A stretch of 64,000 nucleotides of DNA from Thermoplasmata archaeon (GTDB lineage: Archaea; Thermoplasmatota; Thermoplasmata; Methanomassiliicoccales; Methanomethylophilaceae): NCBI GenBank assembly GCA_015063195.1, contig SUSX01000001.1, positions 2,937-66,936 of the forward strand, given 5' to 3'. Below the pieces are notes generated by a model. The model saw only the letters and a program-made list of their open reading frames with translations, had not been told where the DNA came from and searched no databases. Below, one piece after another: positions 9,782-18,575 of this stretch. Position numbers and translations under genes: made by a program. The first letter of the stretch is position 1, and every line of letters begins with the position of its first letter.

Positions 9782-9830
9782 GATTGGGTGAGGTCGCGCG
9801 CGTTAATAATACTAGCGCGCGACACCCGCC

Positions 9831-12800
9831 TCACAGTTCAAAGAAGTTGACGCACATGAGCCATAAATCGGAGTTCATATCCGATTTAGCTTCCATTGCG
9901 GACGGAACCAAAGCATTGGGGATATCCTCCAACATGATTCCGATTTCTGCATTCCATTTTCCTTTGTATTCTCCTAACATGTTTGATACGGCAGCGAGAT
10001 TGATTTTGACAGACAATCCTGCTTCAATCCTCAAATCCGACGTTCCGAGGAATTCCGGGGCAGATATAGCAGTGAAAACAATCGTTTTCAGATAGATGCC
10101 TTCGTATGCTATCCTTTCAACAGTCATTCCTTCAGGGTTTTCGATGTATTTCTCAAGCGTAGGGATCATGGAAAGGATGTAACGCAATCCTGCTTCAACG
10201 ATATCCGAATCCAAACCTACCATTACTCTTATTCCAGCGTGCTGGGTCTCTGCATAATCGGTGATTTTTACCTCTATGTAGGCATTGGCTTCAACGAGTA
10301 TTCCGGATGTAGATTCTATGATGTTGTCCATAACCTTACTTACGACTGTCTGAATGTATTCGCCGAGTGCATCAACACTGGTTATGTTTCCTCCGATTTC
10401 GTTGAATGCTTCTATGCCTGCATCTTTGATGTAGCCGAGGATAAGCGTTCTCAGTGCATATCCTCCGGGAACATATCCCCCATTGGTCGTTCCCGGGGTT
10501 CCCTGAATGTACGACCATTTTTCTACACCATCGGCAACCCTCTGCCACGAGAAGTTGCTGTTGTCTGTGTCGGTGAACCACGGTGTAGTATCTATCTCGA
10601 CCCCATCTGGAGAGATGAGTGAAACTCTTTCGCCTGATTTTCCTGAACTTTTGGAATTGTTAAGGGACTGTTTATCGAAAACGATGACCAGTCTCTCAAG
10701 AGGGAGAATATCCATATCGGGAAGAGTCAATGTTTTCCTCTCATTGGATCCTGGGACGAGTCTGTAGTCTTTCAGATTGATTGTGTTTCCGCTGTTGTTG
10801 TAGAGTTCCACCCATTCACGTCCGTTGTCATCTCCGGCAGGGTTGAGTTCTACTTCATTGATCATGAGTCCAAGTTTCATAGGGAGGTCATATTTCAGTT
10901 CGAATCCGACATCCACGCTTCCTTTGGCACCTGCAATAGGCAGAGGTATGTTGGAAAGTATGCTGCTCACAGCAGGAATATCCGATGCAGCCACTGAGAT
11001 CTCATTGTATTGGACAAGTTTTGGAATCATTCCCTCCATGCCGATGTCTCTGATGAATCCGTTCACGTTGACGAAGTACGGACGGGTCTTCATGAGGGGA
11101 TCAATGGATACTCCGATTCCCCAGTCTTTTCCTGTTGCTTCACCGCTCACAATAATATGGTATCCGGAAGCATCGCTGTATTTCACCTGGATGGCAGCAA
11201 GGACTTTCAGACCGTTTTCGAAAACTTTCTCCATTGAGACTTTGATAATGTCTTTGGAGCTTTTCACAAGTGAAGCAGCGTTCATTGCAAGTATGATTTT
11301 GAACCCGTAATATTCCAGGGTGATACTCTGTGAACCGAGCCCCAAATTCATGGCTGTGAGTGCAAGCCCCTCTACCGCGGAGGAGAGGTATCCGTTCAAA
11401 ACTTCCTGCAGGTACGTAAGGGGAATCTGAAGAGTTTCATATATCTGGGTAATGAGTTCACTAAGGTAGGTTGCAAATTCAACGATTGCTGTTGTACACA
11501 GATTGCACAGTTTTTCGATGGATGCAAACATCGTTCTCAAAGGCTCCATCAGAGGCTCAAGAAGTTCTATCAGACTGTTCCATGCATCACTGTAGAGTGT
11601 GTTGCTCGCAGTATAAGATGTTCCTGCAAGTGCCCATGCACTGATGCATGCTATGTTGAGGTTGAAATCAAGAGTTATTTTGTTTGAGTATTCCGAATCG
11701 GACATTCCGAGGATTTCGTATACGGGATTGGTTCCTGTAACGCTGTATGTCAGTGAACCTTCAACATCGATGCTGAATACGGATGAATATGCTGATGCCG
11801 TATCCTTTCCAAAGCCGACGTGGTGAATATTCCTGGATTTGTTTTCGATGGGTGAATTGACTCTTATATCCAATTTTGAGTTATCGGTGATTGTGAATTT
11901 TTCGGTGAAAACAACTCCGTTTTCATCGATGAGTTTGAACACATCACTGTCAGGAAGACATACAAGGTCGGAGTAAGGATTCATACCCAGAACATTGGAT
12001 GTCTCTTCTGATATCTCCAATATCCTGTCCAGGATGTTGTCCTCAAGACCAAGCAGGTCTATTAGACCTGAAGATGAGAATGAAAGCATTTTCACGAGAA
12101 CATCGTTGGATTCATCTTCGGCATCGGTCATTTTGATCAGAGACTGTACGTGTCTGTCAACCATTGCCCTGTAGTCTGAGATGTAAGATTCAATATCAAA
12201 AACATTGCTGTGGTACGTAATGTTTCTGTTGGGGTACCCTTGATCCTCAATGTTCTGGGTGATGTGACTGTCCACAGCATTTCTGATTGATTTTTCCAAT
12301 TCGTCAACACCGAATATGCTGTATGATTTTTCCTGGATGCGGTCATAAACCGCACATATCAGAGGGTCGGACACTTTTGAATTTCCAATGATTTCTTTTG
12401 TTTTATTTTTCACCAATACGTCATATTCTGTGATTGCATCCTCTACAGCTTTTGTAAAAGAGTCTGAGAAAGATGAACTGTCAAAAGGATCCACAGGAAC
12501 GGATACCATACAGTCATCCCCGAGTTCCAATGCGACCTGGCTCAGTAAAATTTTGAGGGATTCTTTGAACTGGTTCCTGCTTCCGTGATAGTCTCCGAAG
12601 AATCCGTCCCATCCGTTCCAACGGAGGATGTCAACATCAGGGTAGTAAACATCCAATGTTTTTCCGGAAACTTCGATTTCAATGAGTTCATCATCAATCC
12701 TTTCGGTAACGGTGATGTCAGGAACGGAGATCTGGATACTTTCACCGTTCATGAAGTATCTGTACTCATCCTCAGACATTCCGATGGATTTCATTTTGTT

Positions 12801-13853
12801 GGTTATGTGTTTACGGAGTTTCTCTGTATTGCCGTCTTCTCCGGTGAAGAATGTCGTAATGGCTTCATATGCCTCGATTTCCCAATCATTGAGTGTATCG
12901 ATTACGGTGAATCCAAGGTCGAGACAAAGATAGTCCATCCACTGTACCACATACTCATCGATCCCGGAGAGTATGGACTGTGAATACAGTGAACCTATGT
13001 TCACGGTAATGCATCCGTCATCCAATGTGACAAGTTCGGCAATATCAACATGTCCGCCGTTGAGGAATCTTGAATCATTGTTGCCGTTGGAATTGAATAA
13101 CATTGACTGAAGTATTGTGATAGAATGGTCGTAAGCCCTTTTCACATCTGCTTCTGTTATTATTGCAGTGGTTCCGGTTTTACCTCCCGCGGAGGTCATT
13201 CCGAATCCCTGAGCAATTCTTTCCTGGCCCAATGCGGTGAGCTGATATTCCATCATCTGTGTAAGTGCAGAGTTATTTCCCGTAGTAGAAAGTTCGAAAC
13301 GTGTTGCACAATCCAGAAGCAAAGGCAGGCCGGATGTGGCATCCGCGGATATTTCCAGTACATCTGTTGTAACGGTACTGTCCGATATGTGTCTTACTTC
13401 GACTTCACCTACGGCTTTCAGATATGCAAGTCTGGAATCAGATGAAAACGCATCTCCTTCGGTTTTGAGTGTCTCTGCTGTAAGTCTGATGTCTGAATCC
13501 AGTATTTCCGTCTTTACGCCCTTGCATGTGGTGGGGAAGTTGGATTCCAAAAGTTTTTCTGCCCTGCCCTCAAAGGATTTGCTTCTTTCAATAAGGTTTC
13601 CTGATGTCGGTGACGTACTTATGTCCGTTATTATCTGGCCCAATCCTGATTCTATGATAAGTTTGACCCTTTCGTTTTCGTCTTCAACGGCAGCAAACTC
13701 GGAAGAGATGGATTCGATGTTGTCCGAACTCTTCTCGATTTCAGCATAAATGACGCAGTAGAATGATCCTGCCATCAGCAGAGCAACTGCGATAAGTGCC
13801 ATGGGCATCTGTCCTTTTTTCGAAGTATTCCTTCCGTATCGGTTAGGTCGCAT
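9831..13853 (-). CDS. Very large (1340 aa) secreted or surface protein with a class-III (type IV pilin-like) signal peptide and a lamin-tail domain (LTD)
   Basis: The N-terminus ...NTSKKG/QMPMALIAVALLMAGSFYCVIY matches the archaeal prepilin-peptidase pattern (K/R-G followed by a hydrophobic helix). An LTD signature (INEVELNPAGDDNGREWVELYNNSGNTINLKDYRL...ERVSLISPDG) maps to ~10476..10865. Confidence 0.75.
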   Translation of the reverse strand: MRPNRYGRNTSKKGQMPMALIAVALLMAGSFYCVIYAEIEKSSDNIESISSEFAAVEDENERVKLIIESGLGQIITDISTSPTSGNLIERSKSFEGRAEKLLESNFPTTCKGVKTEILDSDIRLTAETLKTEGDAFSSDSRLAYLKAVGEVEVRHISDSTVTTDVLEISADATSGLPLLLDCATRFELSTTGNNSALTQMMEYQLTALGQERIAQGFGMTSAGGKTGTTAIITEADVKRAYDHSITILQSMLFNSNGNNDSRFLNGGHVDIAELVTLDDGCITVNIGSLYSQSILSGIDEYVVQWMDYLCLDLGFTVIDTLNDWEIEAYEAITTFFTGEDGNTEKLRKHITNKMKSIGMSEDEYRYFMNGESIQISVPDITVTERIDDELIEIEVSGKTLDVYYPDVDILRWNGWDGFFGDYHGSRNQFKESLKILLSQVALELGDDCMVSVPVDPFDSSSFSDSFTKAVEDAITEYDVLVKNKTKEIIGNSKVSDPLICAVYDRIQEKSYSIFGVDELEKSIRNAVDSHITQNIEDQGYPNRNITYHSNVFDIESYISDYRAMVDRHVQSLIKMTDAEDESNDVLVKMLSFSSSGLIDLLGLEDNILDRILEISEETSNVLGMNPYSDLVCLPDSDVFKLIDENGVVFTEKFTITDNSKLDIRVNSPIENKSRNIHHVGFGKDTASAYSSVFSIDVEGSLTYSVTGTNPVYEILGMSDSEYSNKITLDFNLNIACISAWALAGTSYTASNTLYSDAWNSLIELLEPLMEPLRTMFASIEKLCNLCTTAIVEFATYLSELITQIYETLQIPLTYLQEVLNGYLSSAVEGLALTAMNLGLGSQSITLEYYGFKIILAMNAASLVKSSKDIIKVSMEKVFENGLKVLAAIQVKYSDASGYHIIVSGEATGKDWGIGVSIDPLMKTRPYFVNVNGFIRDIGMEGMIPKLVQYNEISVAASDIPAVSSILSNIPLPIAGAKGSVDVGFELKYDLPMKLGLMINEVELNPAGDDNGREWVELYNNSGNTINLKDYRLVPGSNERKTLTLPDMDILPLERLVIVFDKQSLNNSKSSGKSGERVSLISPDGVEIDTTPWFTDTDNSNFSWQRVADGVEKWSYIQGTPGTTNGGYVPGGYALRTLILGYIKDAGIEAFNEIGGNITSVDALGEYIQTVVSKVMDNIIESTSGILVEANAYIEVKITDYAETQHAGIRVMVGLDSDIVEAGLRYILSMIPTLEKYIENPEGMTVERIAYEGIYLKTIVFTAISAPEFLGTSDLRIEAGLSVKINLAAVSNMLGEYKGKWNAEIGIMLEDIPNALVPSAMEAKSDMNSDLWLMCVNFFEL

Positions 13854-14011
13854 ACTGTGTGTTTCGACTTTGTGACTGTTATAAAGGGGGAACTACGGTT
13901 AGTGTTACGTAACTTCATTTTTGATTTTTCAGTCATCTTCGTTCAATTCGAATAATCTGACCGAGTTCGTTATATAATCGCGTGCGTTAAGGGTATACAG
14001 AGGAGAATTTT

Positions 14012-15622
14012 ATGCCTGGAACAGCAAAGAAATACGGCCTCCCTAAAGGACTTCCTAGAAAGACAGAATCCATCTGTCCTGAATGCGGAAAGATTTTGGA
14101 AACCGAGTTATATGATAAGAACGGCAGTGTATATGCCAAAAAGACCTGTCCCGAACACGGGGAGTTCGACAGTATGATTTGGTCGGATACCGAATTGTAT
14201 CTCGGTGTAGAACAGTACGCAATGGACGGAATAGGTATCATTAACGAGAGCGATCCCGATTGCGGTGAGAATAACGTCAGCATAAGGATTGACGACAGGG
14301 ATTTCGATCTCAACACATCCACCATTCTTTGTAATATCGATCTGACAAACAGATGCAACATGACATGCCCCATCTGTTTTGCAGAAGCAAACTCCTCGGG
14401 TTATGTGTATGAGCCCGACTATGATACGGTTGTAAAGATGCTCGAGATGCTCAGAGCACAGAAACCCGTAAAATGTACTGCTGTGCAGTTCTCAGGCGGA
14501 GAACCTACGATTCACCCAAGGTTCTTCGACATCGTAAAAAAGGCAAAAGAGCTCAAGTTTGCCCAGGTTCAGGTTGCTACCAACGGTCTGGAGTTCAGGG
14601 ACTTAGAGTTCTGTAAGAAGGCTTCCGAAGCAGGCCTCAACACACTTTATCTTTCATTCGACGGAGTATCTGACGATGTCTATATCCAGGCTAGGGCAAG
14701 GAAGATGTTCCACGTTAAGCAGCAGGTTCTCGACAACCTCAGAAAATTGGAGAAGAAACCCTCGGTAGTATTGGTCCCGACAGTTGTTAAGGGAATGAAT
14801 GACAAGCAGATCGGAGACATCATCAAGTTCGCTTTCGATAACTCGGACATCGTAAGAGGTGTCAACTATCAGCCCGTTTCCTTTACCGGAAGGATTACCA
14901 GTGAAGAGCTTGAGAGAGGCAGATTCACAATCCCCGACCTCGTCAGGGAATTCGGAGAACAGACGGGATGGACAAAGAAGTCCGATTGGTACCCTGTACC
15001 TGTTGTCGCACCCATATCGAATTTCGCATCACTCCTCATGGGAGAGAATAAGGCAACATTCACAGTCCATCCACACTGCGGTATTGCAACATACCTTTAC
15101 AGGGATGACAACGGTGTCGTCACACCGATTACCAGATTCGTGGACGTTAACAAGTTCATCAACGGACTCAATGAGATTTCAGAAAAGCTGGATAAGGCCA
15201 GGTTTAAGAAGCTCTATCTCGTGAAAGTTGTCAAGTTGATGAGCTCATGCATTATCGATGAGGAACTTCCGGAAGGTCTTACCAGGAAGGATTTGGCAGG
15301 ATTGATCAAGGCTGTTTTCAGCGACAAGTCCAAGGAAACTCTCGCTAAGTTCTCATGGAAGATGATGTTCGTCGGAGGTATGCACTTCCAGGATGCATAC
15401 AACTATGACATTCAGAGGGTTCAGCGTTGTGCAATCCACTATGCAACTCCAGACATGAAGGTTATTCCGTTCTGTGCATACAACTCGGGACCGGAGTACC
15501 GTGTAAATGTCGAGAAAAAATATTCCGTTCCGTTGGATGAATGGAAAGCCAAACACAAAGAAGAAGCAAAGGCTCTCGAACAGGCACTCATCGTTCCTGA
15601 GGATCAGAGGCCGGACCAGTGA
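14012..15622 (+). CDS. Radical-SAM enzyme, tetraether lipid synthase (Tes / GDGT-MAS)-like
   Basis: N-terminal zinc ribbon CPECG...CPEHG, radical-SAM CNMTCPIC (CxxxCxxC), 536 aa. It sits directly upstream of the ferredoxin + geranylgeranyl reductase pair. As I recall, this is the same synteny as the Methanosarcina Tes locus. Confidence 0.65.
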   Translation: MPGTAKKYGLPKGLPRKTESICPECGKILETELYDKNGSVYAKKTCPEHGEFDSMIWSDTELYLGVEQYAMDGIGIINESDPDCGENNVSIRIDDRDFDLNTSTILCNIDLTNRCNMTCPICFAEANSSGYVYEPDYDTVVKMLEMLRAQKPVKCTAVQFSGGEPTIHPRFFDIVKKAKELKFAQVQVATNGLEFRDLEFCKKASEAGLNTLYLSFDGVSDDVYIQARARKMFHVKQQVLDNLRKLEKKPSVVLVPTVVKGMNDKQIGDIIKFAFDNSDIVRGVNYQPVSFTGRITSEELERGRFTIPDLVREFGEQTGWTKKSDWYPVPVVAPISNFASLLMGENKATFTVHPHCGIATYLYRDDNGVVTPITRFVDVNKFINGLNEISEKLDKARFKKLYLVKVVKLMSSCIIDEELPEGLTRKDLAGLIKAVFSDKSKETLAKFSWKMMFVGGMHFQDAYNYDIQRVQRCAIHYATPDMKVIPFCAYNSGPEYRVNVEKKYSVPLDEWKAKHKEEAKALEQALIVPEDQRPDQ

Positions 15623-15630
15623 GGGATAGA

Positions 15631-15798
15631 ATGATTGTAGATTATCATAAGTGTCTTCACTGCGGAGGATGCGTAGGGTCCTGTCCGCAGAATGCCATAT
15701 ATTTGAACGATTACATCCTCGAGTTCAACGATGATTGTAACAACTGCGGCAGATGCATCAAACTCTGTCCTGTAGCAGCACTTTCCAGAGGTGAGTGA
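15631..15798 (+). CDS. Small 2x[4Fe-4S] ferredoxin (55 aa); not in the supplied ORF track
   Basis: Own translation: MIVDYHKCLHCGGCVGSCPQNAIYLNDYILEFNDDCNNCGRCIKLCPVAALSRGE. It has two CxxCxxCxxxCP motifs and AGGGA 5 nt upstream of the ATG. Confidence 0.75.
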   Translation: MIVDYHKCLHCGGCVGSCPQNAIYLNDYILEFNDDCNNCGRCIKLCPVAALSRGE

Positions 15799-15799
15799 G

Positions 15800-16999
15800 A
15801 TGGTTACAAGATATGACTGTGACATTGTTATCGTAGGTGCAGGTCCTGCAGGAAGCATGGCTGCAAAGTTCTGTGCACAGGGCGGACTTAACACAATCCT
15901 TTTGGAGAAAAAGGCTGAAATCGGTGCGCCCCTCAGGTGTGCGGAAGGAGTTTCCAAGAAATGGTTGGAAGAGGTCGGAATCACTCCCGATCCAAAATGG
16001 ATCTGTGCAGACATGAAGGGTGCAATCATCAGATCACCCAGCGGTTACAAGTTCCAGCTTGATGAGAGCAGGGCAGGATCCGAAGTCGGATACGTCCTTG
16101 AGAGGCACCTATTTGACAAAGCACTTGCGGCAGATGCTGCTGAGGCAGGTGCAAAGATCATGATGCGTACCGGAATCACCGGAGTAATCAGGGATGAGGC
16201 CGGAAAGCTCGTAGGAGTCAAAGGTAACAGTCTCGGTGAACCTGTCGAAATTTACGCAAAGTGTGTGGTAGCTGCAGACGGTTACGAATCTCAGGTTGCA
16301 AGATGGGCAGGAATGAAAGACACAGTTCCTAAAATGTCTGACATCTGTACCTGCATACAGTACAGAATGGTCAACCTGGATATCGAGCACGAGTACTGTG
16401 ACTTCATCATCGGAGGAGACGCACCCGGAGGTTACATCTGGATTTTCCCCAAGGGGGAGACAGTGGCCAACGTCGGTATTGGAATCATGGGTACAAAATG
16501 CAAGCACGGTGCAGATCCTAAGTATTATCTTGACAAATACATCGCAAAGACTCCCGGACTCGCACAGGGAGAGATCGTAGAGGTTGTCGGAGGATTCGTT
16601 TCAACCTGTCCCGGATTGGATGAGACAATCGCAGACAACCTTGTCCTTGTCGGAGATGCTGCAAGGGTAATCGATCCGATTACAGGCGGAGGAATCTGTC
16701 ACGCATGCAGGACAGGAATGTACGCAGGTAAGGTACTCGTAGAATGTGCAAAGACCGGAGACTTCTCCAAGGCAGCACTCAAGCCTTACGAGAAAATGTG
16801 GCGTGACAGGATGGAGGACAAGCTCTTCAGGAACTTCATGGCTAAGGAGAGGCTTGCAGAGCTTGATGATGAGACAATCGATGAACTCATCAAACTCATC
16901 CAGGATTCAGACATCGGAGAGGTCAATGTTTACAACCTTCTCAAGGTCATCAAGGACAGGTTCCCCAAGGTCGTAGAAGGTTTCGAAGATCTGATCTGA
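15800..16999 (+). CDS. Digeranylgeranylglycerophospholipid (geranylgeranyl) reductase
   Basis: FAD fingerprint DIVIVGAGPAGS, RCAEG, and GDAARVIDPITGGGI. ATG at 15800 is preferred over GTG at 15791. Confidence 0.85.
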   Translation: MVTRYDCDIVIVGAGPAGSMAAKFCAQGGLNTILLEKKAEIGAPLRCAEGVSKKWLEEVGITPDPKWICADMKGAIIRSPSGYKFQLDESRAGSEVGYVLERHLFDKALAADAAEAGAKIMMRTGITGVIRDEAGKLVGVKGNSLGEPVEIYAKCVVAADGYESQVARWAGMKDTVPKMSDICTCIQYRMVNLDIEHEYCDFIIGGDAPGGYIWIFPKGETVANVGIGIMGTKCKHGADPKYYLDKYIAKTPGLAQGEIVEVVGGFVSTCPGLDETIADNLVLVGDAARVIDPITGGGICHACRTGMYAGKVLVECAKTGDFSKAALKPYEKMWRDRMEDKLFRNFMAKERLAELDDETIDELIKLIQDSDIGEVNVYNLLKVIKDRFPKVVEGFEDLI

Positions 17000-17008
17000 G
17001 TATAAACT

Positions 17009-17023
17009 GAGGGGGAAACCCTC
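17009..17023. terminator. Hairpin between convergent GGR and mevalonate kinase genes
   Basis: GAGGG-GGAAA-CCCTC followed by CCTCACTTTTG. Confidence 0.4.
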
Positions 17024-17082
17024 CCTCACTTTTGAAATTATATAATATTGGCAGAAGTGTTCAACAACAGCGTATGCTTTGT

Positions 17083-18042
17083 TCACTCGGCTGTATTTTC
17101 TTCCAGGCGTACACCTTCTGTGTCCGTGTGAACGATTATGGGTGTTCCGCCTCTGAGTGTTATGGCCTCACAGACCTTTTCAGGTTCGTCGGTGAGAGCA
17201 ATCATACTTCCTCCGCCTCCAGAGCCTGTAAGTTTGGACCCGTAAGAATAAGGAAGTGTTGCATTGACAAGTTTATTCAGTTCGTTGCATGATACGCCGA
17301 GGATGGATAGAAGCTTATGATTCTTGGTCATAGCATCACCAAGGTCCTCTTTGTCATTCCTTCTCATAGCATTCATACCAATCAGTGCAATGAGTCCCAT
17401 TTCGTCAATGATGTCCGCGGCGAACTTATTGTGTTCTTTGTATTTGCGTACTTTTTCAACTATAGGTCCTGTGGGTGCGTGTATGCCTGTATATCCAATG
17501 ACGAACGTCATATCCGGAACGTCAATTTCTTTCACGTCCCAGGTCTTTCCTGCTTTGTCAATTGTCCACAGGTGTCTGCCTAGGCCTTCCGGACTGTTGA
17601 GGGCAACTCCTCCGCCCTTGGTACATGTGGATGTGTCCAACGGGCTTGCACGCCCCTGTGCAAACCATTCTGCTTCGAAAGACTCTCTGGCAATGGTTTC
17701 TTTATCAGTATCTTTGCCGTAGAGTGTTCTGACGGCCAGAGAAAGAGAGGACGACAGTGCAGCAGAGGACCCGAGGCCGGAACTTGTAGGCAGGGTCGTG
17801 TCTCCGTACACTGACAAACTGGAAATGTTGTTGTCTAGCATGATGGACCTTATGTGGGGGTGTGCCCCCGCTAAAGGTCTGTAACCGTTGACATAGAAGT
17901 CATCGCATTTGGATACCTTTGTGACTGTCCTTTTGTCTATAGCAATGGCTACAGCAGGTTTGCCGTACACGACGGAATGTTCCCCCAGAACAATCATTTT
18001 ACCGGGAGCAGATGCGGTAACTTCGTAATCAACAGTCATCAA
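17083..18042 (-). CDS. mvk: Mevalonate kinase
   Basis: GHMP kinase motifs: APGKMIVLGEHSVVYG, SSGLGSSAA, TGSGGGGS. Confidence 0.9.
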   Translation of the reverse strand: MMTVDYEVTASAPGKMIVLGEHSVVYGKPAVAIAIDKRTVTKVSKCDDFYVNGYRPLAGAHPHIRSIMLDNNISSLSVYGDTTLPTSSGLGSSAALSSSLSLAVRTLYGKDTDKETIARESFEAEWFAQGRASPLDTSTCTKGGGVALNSPEGLGRHLWTIDKAGKTWDVKEIDVPDMTFVIGYTGIHAPTGPIVEKVRKYKEHNKFAADIIDEMGLIALIGMNAMRRNDKEDLGDAMTKNHKLLSILGVSCNELNKLVNATLPYSYGSKLTGSGGGGSMIALTDEPEKVCEAITLRGGTPIIVHTDTEGVRLEENTAE

Positions 18043-18575
18043 TCATTCAATCCATACTTTCTGAGTGTTTCGTAGATGGCATCATTGGGACTTCTCATTC
18101 CGAGTGCGGGCTGTCCCATGTCCCACCAGTGTTCTTCGAATGCCTGGAGTTCCTCAAGATACTGCTCGTCAGTCTCAAAGTTCTCTGGATCTACCGTCTG
18201 CATTGCCTTCTTGGCCTCTTCGAGGATATCCACGTTGTATTTCTTGTTGGCAAGTGCCATTCCAACCATATTATCGAAACAGTAGGTCATGTCCAATGCA
18301 AGCTCTGTTGTAGCAGAATCCAGCATGAGGTCGATTGTGGAATTCACAGCCATGAGGAATACCATTTCCAATCTCTTTTCCTCAGGTATATTCTGCTGAT
18401 CGATATGTTTGATCAGTTCATCGAACATGAGATCCCTGATGGCCTGAGTCCTGGCAGGGTTCTTTCCCCAGATCTGTTTTTCAGCGGTAACTTCCTCAGG
18501 TTCTTCCAATATTGTGTTGACTTCTCCTGTGATAGGGTCGATTTCCACACGAGTTTTCTGTTCTTCCATGTTCAT
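18039..18575 (-). CDS. Hypothetical acidic protein (178 aa)
   Basis: Clean ORF with 4-nt overlaps to both neighbours (aminotransferase upstream, mvk downstream). No motif recognised. Confidence 0.6.
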   Translation of the reverse strand: MNMEEQKTRVEIDPITGEVNTILEEPEEVTAEKQIWGKNPARTQAIRDLMFDELIKHIDQQNIPEEKRLEMVFLMAVNSTIDLMLDSATTELALDMTYCFDNMVGMALANKKYNVDILEEAKKAMQTVDPENFETDEQYLEELQAFEEHWWDMGQPALGMRSPNDAIYETLRKYGLND

